DNA of 64,000 bases from assembly GCF_004010195.1 (NCBI RefSeq), contig NC_057719.1, positions 24,932,750 to 24,996,749 of the forward strand. Direction: 5' to 3'. Under the pieces are notes generated by a model that was not told the origin of the DNA, did no database searches, and saw nothing but the letters and a program-made list of their open reading frames with translations. Each line of letters starts with the position of its first letter. The stretch's first letter is position 1. The translations under genes and the position numbers were made by a program. Shown in pieces: positions 1-12,513 of this stretch. The stretch comes from Chiloscyllium plagiosum. Lineage: Eukaryota.

Positions 1-706
1 GAGTTTAATTCAGATAAATGTGAGGTGCTGCATTTTGGAAAAGCAAATCTTAGCATCACTTATACACTTAATGATAAGGTCCTAGGGAGTGTTGCTTAAC
101 AAAGAGACCTTCGAGTGCAGGTTCATAGCTCCTTGAAAGTGGAGTCGCAGGTAGATAGGATAGTGAAGAAGGTGTTTGGTATGCTTTCCTTTATTGGTCA
201 GAGTATTGAGTACAGGAGTTGGGACATCATGTTGCGGCTGTACAGGACATTGGTTAGGCCACTGTTGGAACATTGCATGCAATTCTGGTCTCCTTCCTAT
301 CGCAAAGATGTTGTGAAACTCAAAAGGGTTCAGAAAAGATTTACAAGGATGTTGCTAGGGTTGGAGATTTGAGCGAAAGGGAGAGGCTGAACAGGCTGGG
401 GCTGTTTTCCCTGGAGCGTCGGAGGCTGAGGGGTGACCTTATAGATGTTTACAAAAGTATGAGGGGCATGGATATGATAAATAGACAAAGTCTTTTCCCT
501 GGGTTGGGGGAGTCCAGAACTAGAGGGCATAGGTTTAGGGTGAGAGGGGCAAGATATAAAAGAGACCTAAGGAGCAACTTTTTCATGCAGAGGGTGGTAC
601 GTGTATGGAATGAGTTGCCAGAGGAAGTGGTGGAGGCTGGTACAATTGCAACATTTAAAAGGCATTTGGATGGGTATATGAATAGGAAGGGTTTGGAGGG
701 ATATGA
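1..706 (+). mobile_element. CR1-clade LINE (HER1-like), 3' part of ORF2, frameshifted
   Basis: Translations LYRTLVRPLLE..QFWSP, LGLFSLERRRLRGDLI, FFMQRVVRVWNELPEEVV are typical of the CR1 ORF2 C-terminus. Confidence 0.9.
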
Positions 707-719
707 CTCTAATTAATTT

Positions 720-2150
720 ACCTCTGCCTAAAAAAAAATTCAATGACCTGCCTCCATCGCCTTCTGAAGCAGAGTTCCATTGTCACACAGCCCTGTGAAA
801 GAAAACAAAATCCTCCTCTGTCTAAAAGAGTGTCCATTAATTTTAAAACTGTGCCCCTGAATATTCGACTTACCCAACTTGTCAAGACCTTTCCAGATTT
901 TATACACCAGTTAAATCACCCTTCATCGAAACTCCAGTATAAACATGCCCTGTCTGTCCAACTTTCCCCAGAAGGCAACCTATTCATTCCAGGTATCAAT
1001 TCACCAAACCGCCTCCAATTCATTAACATTCTTCCTTAAATGAGGAGGCCAATCTATGCACAGTGCTTGAGAGTTGGTATGTAATTGAAGTAGAACATCT
1101 GTACTTTTATGTTCAATTCCTTTTGTAATAGAGAATAGCATTATATTGACTTTTTAAAATTACTTGCCATAACTGCATAATAAATTTGTGTGATCCAGGC
1201 ACTAGAATACATAGATCCCTCTGCACCTCAGAGTTCTGCAATCATTCAGTGCTTAAGTAATACTCTGCCTTTTTATTCTTCCTGCCAGACTGAACAACTT
1301 CACATTTTCCCACATTATATTCAATCTGCCAGATTTTTGGCCACTCACCCAAACTATTGATGTTGATCTGCAACCTCATGACATCTCTGCAACATACATA
1401 ACTGGCCATCTTTGTATCATCTACAAGTTCAGCTACAATGCCATCCCACTCATTTAAAACAAAAACAAAAATTGCTAGAAAACCTCAGGAGATCTGGCAG
1501 CAACCGTGGAGAGAAAGCAGAATTGATGTTTCAGGTTCAGTCACCACCTTTCTGAAGAAAGGTCATTGGATCTGAAATTCTGCTTTCTCCCCACAGTTGC
1601 TGCCAGATCACCTGAGTTTATCTCACAATTTTTGTTATGTTTCTGATGTCCAGCATCTGCAGTTCTTTGCGGGTTTTTTTTTGCTTAGTGTTCGAATCAT
1701 CTGAATCATTTGATATAAATTGTAGAACTTGTCACTTCCTGCCAATCAGGAAAAGAATAATTTATGCAAACTCTCAGTTTTTTGTCAACCAGCCAATCTT
1801 TTAATCCATGCCGATGTTCGACATCCTACATCATGGCAAGCAACTTTGTGCAATAACTTTTTATGTTGCGTCTAGCCAACTGCCTTCTGGAAATTCAAGT
1901 ACAGTATGTCAATGGGTTTCCCTTTATCCACAGCACAGTTAATTCCTTCCAAGAACTTCATCATATTGGTTAAACATGATTTCCTTTACACAAAGAAAAT
2001 GCTGACTCTTTCTGATTCACTTGAGTTTTTCCAAATGCTCAGCTATAACTTCCTATATGATTGATTCCACAATTTCCCCATGATAGATGACAACCTAACT
2101 AGCCTATAGTTTCCTACTTTCTGCCCCCTCTCTCTTTTGATTAGAGGGGC
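720..2150 (-). mobile_element. Older degraded CR1-like LINE, interrupted by a PLE-derived fold-back at ~1457-1670
   Basis: Reverse-strand remnants of CR1 RT-region motifs (e.g. gccttctggaaattcaagta, acttcacattttcccacatt). Confidence 0.6.
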
Positions 2151-2603
2151 TATATTGTTTACTTTGCAAACAACACACACATTCGAGAAGGAAATGCCCT
2201 GGAAGTCTTCAACATTGACTCTGGACTCCGTGAAGTCTCACGTCATTAGATCAAACCATGCACAAGGACATCTCCTGCTGACATTATCTGTCAACCCTTC
2301 TCCTCCCAACACCCAAACCCAATATGTTATTGAACACCATTTAGAGAATCACTGAGGGTTCATTGAGTTCCTGGCTGAGGAGGTATGAACTGCCTCCCCT
2401 TCTCCATTTCCTACACTTTCAATGGTTGCAACAAGGTTAATTTAAAAACACATCCCTTCTCTTTTGGATGTCTGTTTCCCAGACCCAATGAAAGTTATGT
2501 TTAAAAGAAGTCTATTTAAGCAGTTATTTTGAGTTAACGAAGAGTGAGTTCATTAATTCCTAAACATGAGCAGAATTAGCAACACAAGTCACAAACACAC
2601 AGA

Positions 2604-2815
2604 ACCAAAAACAGAAATTGCTGGAAAAGGTCAGTATACCTGGCAGTATCTGTGGAGAGAAATCAGAGTAAATGTTTTGGGTCCAGTGACCCTTGCTCAG
2701 AACTGGACCTGAAACGTTAAGTTGATTTCTCTCCACAGATGCTGCCAGACCTGCTCAGCTTTCCCAGTAATTTCTGTTTTTGGTTCTGATTTCCAACATC
2801 TGCAGTTCTTTCGGT
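2604..2815. mobile_element. Short palindromic PLE-derived non-autonomous element (old subfamily)
   Basis: aaaacagaaattgctggaaaa...ctggcag...tgtggagagaaatc mirrored by gatttctctccacagatgctgccag...aatttctgttttt, plus a catctgcagt tail; similar copies at ~1457-1670, ~16017-16200 and ~32546-32700. Confidence 0.65.
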
Positions 2816-2862
2816 TTACAGGTTAGAAATAACAGGCAAGTCCTAAATGTCCTACATCCTAT

Positions 2863-3178
2863 GGACGGCACGGTAGCACAGTGGTTAGCACTGCTGCCTC
2901 ACAGCGCCAGAGACCCGGGTTCAATTCCCACCTCAGGTGACTCTCTGTGTGGAGTTTGCACATTCTCCCCTTGTCTGTGTGGGTTTCCTCCGGGTGCTCT
3001 GGTTTCCTCCCACAATCCAAAAATGTGCAAATTAGGTGAATTGGCCAGGCTAAATTGCCCGTAGTGTTAGGTGAAGGGGTAAATGTAGGGGAATGGGTCT
3101 GGGTGGGTTGCGCTTCGGCGGGTCGGTGTGGACTTATTGGGCCGAAGGGCCTGTTTCCACACTGTAAGTAGTTTAGTC
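2863..3178 (+). mobile_element. HE1-type tRNA-derived SINE
   Basis: A box GGTAGCACAGTGG, B box GGGTTCAATTCCC, central V-SINE-like block, CR1-like 3' tail gggccgaagggcctgtttccacactgta. Confidence 0.9.
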
Positions 3179-3286
3179 ACAAAAAAATTGTTCCATATCT
3201 GAATTGATCACGAAGAGCGGCAAGGTGAATTGCAGCTGTTGCAGTGAAGCTTACTGTTTGTGTTGACATTGGTAAATGAAGCTGAA

Positions 3287-4103
3287 AATCACACAACACC
3301 AGGTTATAATCCAAAAGGTTCATTTGAAAGCACTAGCTGTCAGAGCGCTGCTCCTTCATCAGGTAGTTGTGGAGGATAAGATCATGCTCATAGAACTTAT
3401 AGCCAAAGGAGTCCAATGTCATGGAGATGTGATACAGTAAACAATCTTTGATTAAAACTTTCATCTTTTATAATGGGTTATGCTGGTTTCTGTTCTTTGA
3501 TATGTAAATCCAGAACTTCGTTTAAATTACATTCTCAAGATAGCTCAGGTTTTTAAACAATATTGTAATTTAAAAGAAGTTCTGGGATTTACATATCAAA
3601 GGACAGAAACCAGCATAACTCATTATAAAAGATGAAAGTTTTAATCTAAGATTGTTTACTGTATCACATCTCCATTACACTGGACTCCTTTGGCTATAAA
3701 TTCTATGAGCATGATCTTAACCTCCACAACGGCACGGTGGCACAGTGGTTAGCACTGCTGCCTCACAGCGCCGGAGACGCAGGTTCAATTCCTGCCTCAG
3801 GCGACTGACTGTGTGGAGTTTGCACGTTCTCCCCGTGTCTGCGTGGGTTTCCTCCGGGTGCTCCGGTTTCCTCCCACAATCCAAAGATGTGCAGGTCAGA
3901 TGAATTGCCCGTAGAGTTAGGTAAGGGGTAAATGTAGGGGTATGGGTGGGTTGTGCTTTGGCGGGTCGGTGTGGACTTGTTGGGCCGAAGGGCCTGTTTC
4001 TACACTGTAAGTAATCTAATCTAAAACTACCTGATGAAGGAGCGGCACTCTGAAAGCTAGTGCTTCGAAATAAACCTGTTGGACTATAACCTGGTGTTGT
4101 GTT
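3287..4103. mobile_element. Long fold-back PLE-derived element (~240 bp inverted arms) with hammerhead-like motifs; right arm split by a SINE
   Basis: 3290-3531 is the reverse complement of 3564-3730 plus 4026-4103; CTGATGAAGGAGCGGCACTCTGAAAGCTA at 4031-4059. Confidence 0.8.
3730..4023 (+). mobile_element. HE1-type SINE nested in the fold-back element
   Basis: A/B boxes and AATCT tail; flanks rejoin as cctccacaac|tacctgatg, matching the left arm. Confidence 0.9.
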
Positions 4104-4571
4104 AAAATGTCCATAGTACTTCAGAATTCTGACCTGTGGTCAAGAACATTTGCTCCCTATTAGGTCCCATAACTGCTGGACACCCTAGTTTACATGGGTC
4201 TGGCTAGCTTCTACTGCTCATGAGACTTTTTGCTGTGTAGGGCCTCTCAGTCCTGGAATCACCTGGGAATATCATAGGAATAGTCCTGTTTCCCATTTTA
4301 TTCTGCAAAGAATGAGTTTGTCAATTCTATTTCTAGCTCACTTCTTCCATCTCTTGAAACTAGTGACCCCTTCTTGATCCCTTTTAATTTTTCTGGCCCG
4401 CTCTCAAAGTTTTTAAATCCAGGTAACCTCCCCAGAGCACCTTATCTCCCCATGCAGGGCCTCTGAACTTTTCCGCCTTCTGTCATACTGCAAACCATTC
4501 TGAAATGGTTTGGATTGTCTAGCTTTGGACTATCACTTGGCGTTCATTCTGACACTATTTGAATCTACGAC

Positions 4572-4800
4572 TTAGATTAGATGCCCTGCAATATGGCCCT
4601 ACAAGTCCACACCAACCCTCCAAACAGTGACCCACCCAGACCCATTCCCCTACCTTATATTTGCCCCTGATTAATGCACCTAACAGTATGGGCAATTTAG
4701 CATGGCCAATTCACTGAACCTGCACATCTTTGGCTTGGTGGAGGAAACCCACACAGACACGGGGAGAATGTGCAAACTCCACACAGACAGCTGTCTGAGA
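4572..4800 (-). mobile_element. Partial HE1-type SINE
   Basis: Reverse complement of the SINE body and tail (ttagattagat...gtgcaaactccacacagac). Confidence 0.8.
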
Positions 4801-5133
4801 TTCCTCTGTCCTTTTTAAGAGGCTGGAGACCACTTCAGCTTGGATTCATTGGATTAGCTGAACAAAGTTTTCCTGGTTCCTTTTGTTTTTTCAGCTTCCT
4901 TGGACTTTTCTGGATTCTTTTGACACAGGGCCTGGGATCTTATCAAGCTACTGTTCATATTACAGCTAATTCCCTTGAAAAGCATTTAGAAAAACTCAGG
5001 TCTTCTTGTCCTAGGAGGGATTTTCTCTGTGTTCTCCCAGTTATAATCTCAATAGCCCTGGGTTTAAACCGGTTAAGATTTTATCAATTAGTTCTTCCTA
5101 TTCTACATCATTCTTTGAGGTGAACTGTATGGC

Positions 5134-5857
5134 ACTGGAAAAGCACAGAAGATCAGGAGCAGGAGAATCGATGTTTTGGGCATAACCCCTTCATCATATG
5201 GGGGGGTAAAGGGGCTGAGAGATAAATAGGAGGGTGGGAGTGGAGCTTGGGGAAAGGTAGCTGGGATGCTGGAGACCAGAGTTGAAAAATGTGGTGCTGG
5301 AAAAACACAGCAGGCCAGGCAGCATCCGAGGAGCAGGAGAATCGACATTTCGGGCATAAGCCCTTCTTCAGCCCTTATCCTGAAGAAGGGCTTATGCCCG
5401 AAACATCGATTCTCCTGCTCCTGGGATGCTGCCTGGCCTGCTGTGTTTTTCCAGCACCACATTTTTCAACTCTGGTCTCCAGCATCTGCAGTCCTCACTT
5501 TCTCCTTTTTGGTTGGTGGGTCTCAAGGTGAAAGATGAGGCGTTCTTCTTCCAGTTGTCGGGTGGCTTGGATTTGGTGGTGGAGGAGACAGAGGACTTGC
5601 ATGTCCTTGGCGGAGTGGGAGGAGGAGTTGAAGTGGTCAACCATAGGGCAGTGAGGTTGTTGGGTGCTTGTGTCCCAGAGATGTTCACTGAAACGTTCTG
5701 TGGATTGGTGTCCTGTTTTCCCAATGTAGGGGAGACCACATCGAGAGCAACAAACACAGTAGATTACATGTTTGGATGTACAGAAAAATCTCTGCCGGAT
5801 GTGGAAGGATCCTTTGGGGCCTCAGACGGAGGTGAGGTGTGAGTGCAGGTTTTACAT
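5134..5857 (-). mobile_element. Penelope-like (Neptune-type) composite: inverted pLTRs with two hammerhead-like cores plus GIY-YIG remnant
   Basis: Palindrome 5266-5485 centred on facing CTGAAGAAGGGCTTATGCCCGAAA motifs; minus-strand endonuclease remnant at 5507-5857 similar to the copies at 21.9 and 43.2 kb. Confidence 0.8.
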
Positions 5858-6496
5858 TGAGCCTGTTGCAACTGATCTTAATTAAGAGATTTTGCGGTGG
5901 TGACTTTTATTTGCTTTAAAGAAAATATTCAGCCACTGCATTTGCCCTCTTGGCATCCAATTGGTTTATTTCCAAAACAATTCAGTCCCATTTTAAGATT
6001 TTAATATAATCATATTTTTGCACACTTAAGTGAAATGTGGCTTCCTTCAATTGATCTCTCCTGGGAAAGATCCAATTTATGTCAAAGATAATACAGAGAG
6101 GTGCATTTAATTATTTTGTTATTTTCATCTTCTGCTTATAACAAAAGTGCCTTAATGTCAGGAGAGTCATTCTCCCCTCATTTCTGGAGTTTTGTTCATA
6201 GTTTTGGACCAAGGGGATAATGAGGCCAGGTTTTGGCAGAACCCAAAGTGAAATGTCAGTTATTGCTGAGCAAGTGCTGCTTGACAGCACCATTGACAAC
6301 ATCTTCCATCACTTCACTGATGATTAAGAGTCAACTGATGGGTGTGTGGGGGAGGGAGGAGTTGGTTATTATAAGGAGTAGGAGCAGGAGAAGGCCATTT
6401 AGCCCATCGATTCTGCTCTGTCATTCAATGAGATCATGGCTGATCTGATAACCCTTCACTTACCTGAATTTTCCCAAGAACCCTTGATTTCCTTAC

Positions 6497-9476
6497 TTTT
6501 TAAAATAAATATTTTTATTAGAAACCTTCTTAAATCTTTTACAAAACACTTATATACAAAAGAAGAATTACACCATCAAAACAGGAAAAAAAGGCAGTAC
6601 AAAAAAGCCATAACACAGTATCTGTTAATAAACGACCTATTTTTCTACCAAACAAACATATTGACTTAAACTACAAACATATTAAATAAATACTAACTTA
6701 AACTAAAGTCAAACAATTAAAATTAAATAATATCTCACTACTTTATTCTATCTCACTCATCACACCTCCACTGAGGCTCCCATCCTGTATTCTTTCTCCC
6801 ACAGTCTCTTCTTCCCGGAGCCCCACAGGCATCCATACTGAATCCCACGGCTCTACCATGGCCCTAATTAACATTGCTGATAGGGCAGCATCAATACAAT
6901 TTAAAAAGGGCTGCAACGTCTTGTAGAGCTGTTCTGTTTTGTGGTGCACCATATTTGTGAGGTAATCTTGGGGGAGATGCTCCATCACTAGCTTACGCCA
7001 CCCCACAAGACCTGGTGGTTTTTCTTACATCCAAATTCACTAGAATATTCTTCCTCGCGCAGTGGGTAAGAATGTTACACAGTCTCTTCCCGTGTTCCCC
7101 CAGAGAAGGCAAATTTGGCAACCCCAGATTCACATTAATTTCAATCTCCAGGATGTCCTTTAGCTCCCTTATTATAGCACTCCACTATCTCTGGATCTTA
7201 CAACAGGACCAGTAGCAGTGTGTGAGAATGCCTATAGTAATTTTACATTTGGAACACCCTGATGATACTCGTCTCTTGAACTTAGCTAGCCTTCCTGGCA
7301 CCGTATGAGTCCTGTATAGGATTTTCAATTACATGCCCTGTGCTCTGTTATATACTGAGATTTTCCTTACATTCCCCCAGAAGTCCTCCCATACCTCCAA
7401 TGAAATGTCCTCTTCTAACTCTCGATTCCACATCCTACAGAGTCCTTCCATGTTTCTCAGGGCATGACCTTTTTGAAATGATATAAAGTACTGAGTGAAA
7501 AAGCACCCGTACACCAAAATATTCTTTTCTCCACGTCTAATTTGTAACATTGGACCAGGAGCGTGGTCTTCCTCTGTCTATAGTCCCTTATCTGGAAATA
7601 TAAGAAAAAGTCCCTGTTAGACAATCCATATTTCTGACCTTAACTGACGAAATGACATCAGGACCACCCCCTCAAATAAGTCTCCCAGACAGAAGATTCC
7701 CTTATTCTCCCATGACTTAAAGCTGGAGTCCCTTGCCCCAGGTTTAAATCCTTGGGCTCCCACCAATGTGGTAAATGGTGACATCTTAGACCAATTGCCC
7801 TCGTCTTGCCTCATTATTCTCCAGGCTTTCACCGTATTTAAAATAATTGGACTTTTACACTGCTGGGTCACAGATTTCATCTTGTCCATGAATAATAAAT
7901 TAATTAAAGGACATCTTGACTGCGAGGCTTCATTATTAAGCCAAATCGACACCGAATGCCCCCGTACACAGTCACCAACATATGTTAACAGGGCACTTAT
8001 TTGGTATTTCTTCAAATCCAGAAGATCCACCCCTCCCTCACCCTGCGAAAGCTACAATTTAGTGAATTTAATTAGAAGGCGCCTGCGGCACCAAATAAAG
8101 GACCATGGCCGACCACTAAGCCTCTTTAACACTTGTCTCGGTAGCAACAACGGGAGCATTCTCATGGGGTACAGCAGTCGAGGAAGAACATTCATCTTAA
8201 CCAAGGCTATTCGGCCCAACCATGATAATGGTAACCCCTCCCACTGCTGCAAATCCTGTTTTATCCTCTTTAGTAATTGTACATAGTTAGCTTTATAGAG
8301 CTGGTGGAAAGAAGGGGTAATAAAAATTCCCAAATACAAAAAGCCTTTTGGCGACCATCTAAATGGAAGTTGCATTCCACCCTTCAGATTAGGCACCTCC
8401 ACTAATCAGACTTCTCCAGATTGGCCAAAAACAAAAGGACTTCATCAGCATATAGGGTGATCTTATGCTCCCCCATTCCCACCTTTGGCGCTACTATTTC
8501 AGGATCCCTCCTGATAGCTTCGGCTAATGGTTCGATCATCAAGGTAAATAACAGCAGTGATAAAGGACACCCATGTCGACTATCTCTTCCAATATTAAAG
8601 TTATTTGACTTAATACTGTTTGTAATGACTGCCGCCTTAGGATCATTAGACAGTACTGCTACCCATCTGGCAAAGGATACCCCCAAACCAAAGCGCTCTA
8701 GGACCTCAAATAGATGCGGCCATTCTATTCGATCAAACGCCTTTTCTGCATCTACAGAGACCACCAAACCCAGAATCAATCTTTGCTGGCATCCTGCACT
8801 GTGTTCAGTACTCTCCTGATATTGTTGGAGGAGCTACGGCCCTTAACTAAACCTGTCTGGTCTTCTTTTATAATATGGGGCAGGTCCTTCTCCAACCTCA
8901 GAGCCAGCATCTTGGATAAAATTCTGAAATCTACATTCAACAACGAAACTGGTCTATATGAAGTACATTCTTCGGGGTCCCTCCCTGTCTTTAAAATGAC
9001 GTAGATATTCACCCCCCCTAAGAGAAGGCGGCAGAAAATCCTGTATATAAGAATAGTTGTATATCCCTAGAAGTGGTTCCACTAACATGTTAATGAATTC
9101 CTTATAGAATTCATTTGGGAATCCATCTGGCCCCAGTGCTTTGCTACCCTGGAGATGCCTTATTGCGTCCTGCACTTCCCTTATCATTATAGGTGCATTC
9201 AAAAGGGAAGCCTGCTTTGTACTCCCATTGGGGAGGTCCAGATTTTCAAAAAAGGACTGCATTCCCATTGTACCGTGTTCACCCCCCTCTGACCGATATA
9301 GCTCTGCAAAATATTCCCTAAACCTAACATTGATCTTCTTCAATTCATGGGTAATTGTACTAGCTTTCTCCCTAACAGACATAATATATTGGGAAGCTTT
9401 TTTCCTCCTAGTCAAATAAGCCAGATATCTACTAGGCTTATTTTCAAATTCAAACAATCTTTGTTTGGCAAAGGAG
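6497..9476 (-). mobile_element. 5'-truncated, frameshifted L1/Tx1-clade LINE (RT and C-terminal zinc knuckle), inserted in a CR1 3' fragment
   Basis: ORF fragments YRPVSLLNVDFRILSK, VSVDAEKAFDRIEW, HGCPLSLLLF, LYADE, FLYLGI, ALVKMNVLPRLLY; CPKC...HCYWSC near 7200-7260; candidate TSD gatttccttac (6486-6496) / gattcccttac (9477-9487). Confidence 0.88.
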
Positions 9477-10087
9477 GATTCCCTTACAGGTTAAAGATCT
9501 GTCTATCTCAGCACTGAATATACATAATAATCCAGCCTTGACAGCCATCTGTGGTAAAGAATTCTACAGGTTCACTATCTTTTGAGAGAAGAAATTTCTC
9601 TTCATCTTTGTCCAGATTGTTTGCTCTGCTTTGCATTCTACAAAAATCAGTTATATGTTTAACTGAAGAGTAACTAAGATTTCATCACACCAATAGCCAG
9701 CTAAATAAGTTTCCAGAGAAAATAATTAAACTTTAAAGACCAGATTTTCAAGTATTTGTCATGCAGAGTGTTGTATGGAGTGGTCATGTTTTCAAACAGA
9801 CTTTTAAACAAGTTTGCAAACTTCCAGGCTATGTGCAATTCTGGAGGGGTTTCCCTGGAATATATGGAGTATGAGAAGATTTTACAGTTTGAAGGCATTT
9901 ACTCCACAAATCTTGGTTGCACTTCAGTACCATACTCCTGATCTTTGGTTATTTGGTGCAGAGGAGAGGAGCAGGTAGGTCAGAGAACATTGATGTGTGT
10001 TTGCTGCTGGTCCTGTGAATGACAGCCATCAACAGGACCAAGCAACATGTGGCCAAGGAGAAAACTCATTCCATACTCATCCTGCAA

Positions 10088-10813
10088 CAATCCCTCAATG
10101 TCAGCAAAACAAAGATTATGGTCATTAATTTCAGGAAATAGAGTGGCGGACATGCCAGTGTCTGTATCAATGGAGCTGAGGTGGAGATGGTCGAGAGCTT
10201 CAAGTTCCTAGGACTCAAGACTACCAACAGTCTGTCCTGGTCCATCCACATCAAGATGATGATCAAGAAAGCACATCAATGCCTCTAATTTCACATAAGG
10301 CTAAGTAAATTTGGCATGCCCACAATGACTCTTACCAATTTTTATTGATGCATCATATAAAGTATCTTATCCAAATGCGTCACAGCTTAGTATGGCAACT
10401 GGTCTGCCCAAAACTGCAAGAAACACAGCCCAGTCAAACCAGCTTTCCATCCATTGATCCTATCTTTACTTCTTTTACCTCTGGAAAGCAGCCAATATAA
10501 TCAAGGACCCCTCCCACCCCGGTAATACTCTATTCCATCCACTTCCATTGGCAGAAGATACAGAAGCTTGAACACACATACCAACTAATTTAAGAACAAC
10601 TTCTTGCCCACTATTATCAGACTTATGATTGGACCTCCCATACATTAGAGTTAATCTTTCACTGCACCTTCTCTGTAGCTGTAACTCTATATTCTGCATT
10701 TTGTTCTAATACCCTGACGTATTTATGTAAGGTACGATTTCCGGATAGCATGCAAAACAATACTTTTTAACAGTATCTCAGTATGTGACAATAATAAATC
10801 AAATCAAATCAAA
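10088..10813 (+). mobile_element. Rex1/Babar-like LINE 3' fragment
   Basis: Translates LNVSKTKIMVINFRK...INGAEVEMVESFKFLG; ends in aataaatc(aaatc)n tail. Confidence 0.7.
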
Positions 10814-11669
10814 CCATAAGAAAATAAGAAAAAGGAATAGGAGTGGTTCATACAGCACCTCAAACCTGTTCTGCCATTCAATATGATTACAGTTGATTTG
10901 TTTTCATTTATCAATCCAAACAGGATCTCTGAATTGGTGCTCCTTTATAAAAGATCCATCCCTCTACATTCAAAACTATTTGGAGACACAGTCAACTCCT
11001 CGGATAAATTAAAACAGGAATTATAGAATGATACTGTCTGGAAGGATATCATTTGGCCCATCTTTCGTCTGCACGATCAGTCAAAACCTGATATTAACTC
11101 AGTGTTGATTTGCGTGTTTATGCTAATCTAAATCAATTACTTAATTGCAGCTTTCTATTTGTGAGTCAAGGGAAAAACTCAGTGCAAGATGCCATGACAT
11201 ACTTTAAATGACAGAGTTGATTCTTTTCATACTAGTTCTATAGTCATGCTCACCATTATGTAACAGCAGCAATATTTAAGCAGCAATTTGATTTAACACT
11301 TAATTGAAATGCTTCTGATCAATGAAATGTCTAATTAAAGAGGCTTGCTTAAACCATGATGTCAATAAATTATTGAAGAACTCTCAATTCACCTCTTCAA
11401 TCTTTCGTTAATTGAACATTTCTTAGACTGGGGGAGGACAGGTCTCCACAACTGTTTTTTAAATAAAAATGCACTAGGATCCCAAGGTCACAAATTTAAG
11501 ACTATTATTGAGAATAAAGGAGATGTTTTGTTTTCTACTTGTTTGGAGCAGAAAGTGTTGGACTGGGGTGGACAAAGTCAAAAATCACACAACACCAATT
11601 TGTAGTCCAAGAGGTTTATTTGAAAGTACTAGATTTCAGAGCACTGTGTGATTTTTCACTTCTATTTAA

Positions 11670-11975
11670 AGTCACAGAGATGTACAACATGGAAACATAC
11701 CCTTTGGTCCAACCTGTCCATGCCGACCAGATATCCCAACCCAATCTAGTCCCACCTACCAGCACCCGGCCCACATTCCTCCAAACCCTTCACATTCATG
11801 TACCCATCTAGATGCCTTTTAAATGTTGCAATTGTACCAGCCTCCACCACTTCCTCCGGCAGCTCATTCCATACACATAACACCCTCTGCTTGAAAACAT
11901 TGCCCTTTAGATCTCTTTTATATCTTTCCCCTCTCACCCTAAACCTATGCCGTCTAGTTCTGGACTCCCCCACCC
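11670..11975 (-). mobile_element. CR1 LINE 3' end
   Basis: ORF 11746-11973 GESRTRRHRFRVRGERYKRDL...VWNELPEEVV plus the CR1 3' UTR. Confidence 0.88.
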
Positions 11976-12311
11976 CTTATTAGGACAGTTACAGAGTATT
12001 CCATTTCAAAGTCTCCATAATTATTGACAACATTGAATACTGTTCAATAAGGAGTAGCTTCACTTTCTGCAGGGGAAGTATTAGAAAACATGATGCTTTG
12101 TCATGATAATCAAAGTCTCACACCTTAAGGAGAAAATGAGCTGTGTGACCTTCAGAAACTGGAATCTTAGTAAGTGGGTTAGAAAATTAAACCTAATAAC
12201 ACAGAATATAGGGAATTTCTTTGTGAATTAATTGGCCCTTCTGTAGAAGAGGTATTGCTAAGGGAAGAGCATTTTTTTTTCTTTTCTCAGATCATACCTG
12301 CTCGACCTTCA

Positions 12312-12513
12312 GGGAGAAAGTGAGGACTGCAGATGCTGGAGATCAGAGCTGAAAATGTGTTGCTGGAAAAGCGCAGGTCAGGCAGCATCCAAGGAGCAGG
12401 AGAATCGACGTTTCGGGCATTTCGTTCCTGAAGAAGGGCTCATGCCCGAAACGTCGATTCTCCTGCTCCTTGGATGCTGCCTGACCTGCTGCGCTTTTCC
12501 AGCAACACATTTT
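12312..12513. mobile_element. 202-bp fold-back PLE mini-element with hammerhead core and 14-bp TSD
   Basis: TSD ctgctcgaccttca at 12298-12311 and 12514-12527; CTGAAGAAGGGCTCATGCCCGAAACGTC at 12428-12455. Confidence 0.88.

Noticed and set aside
3177..3269. Minus-strand ORF starting MSTQTVS as a possible UNC79 start
   Set aside because: Diverges from MSTKAEQF after three residues and stops after ~30 codons.
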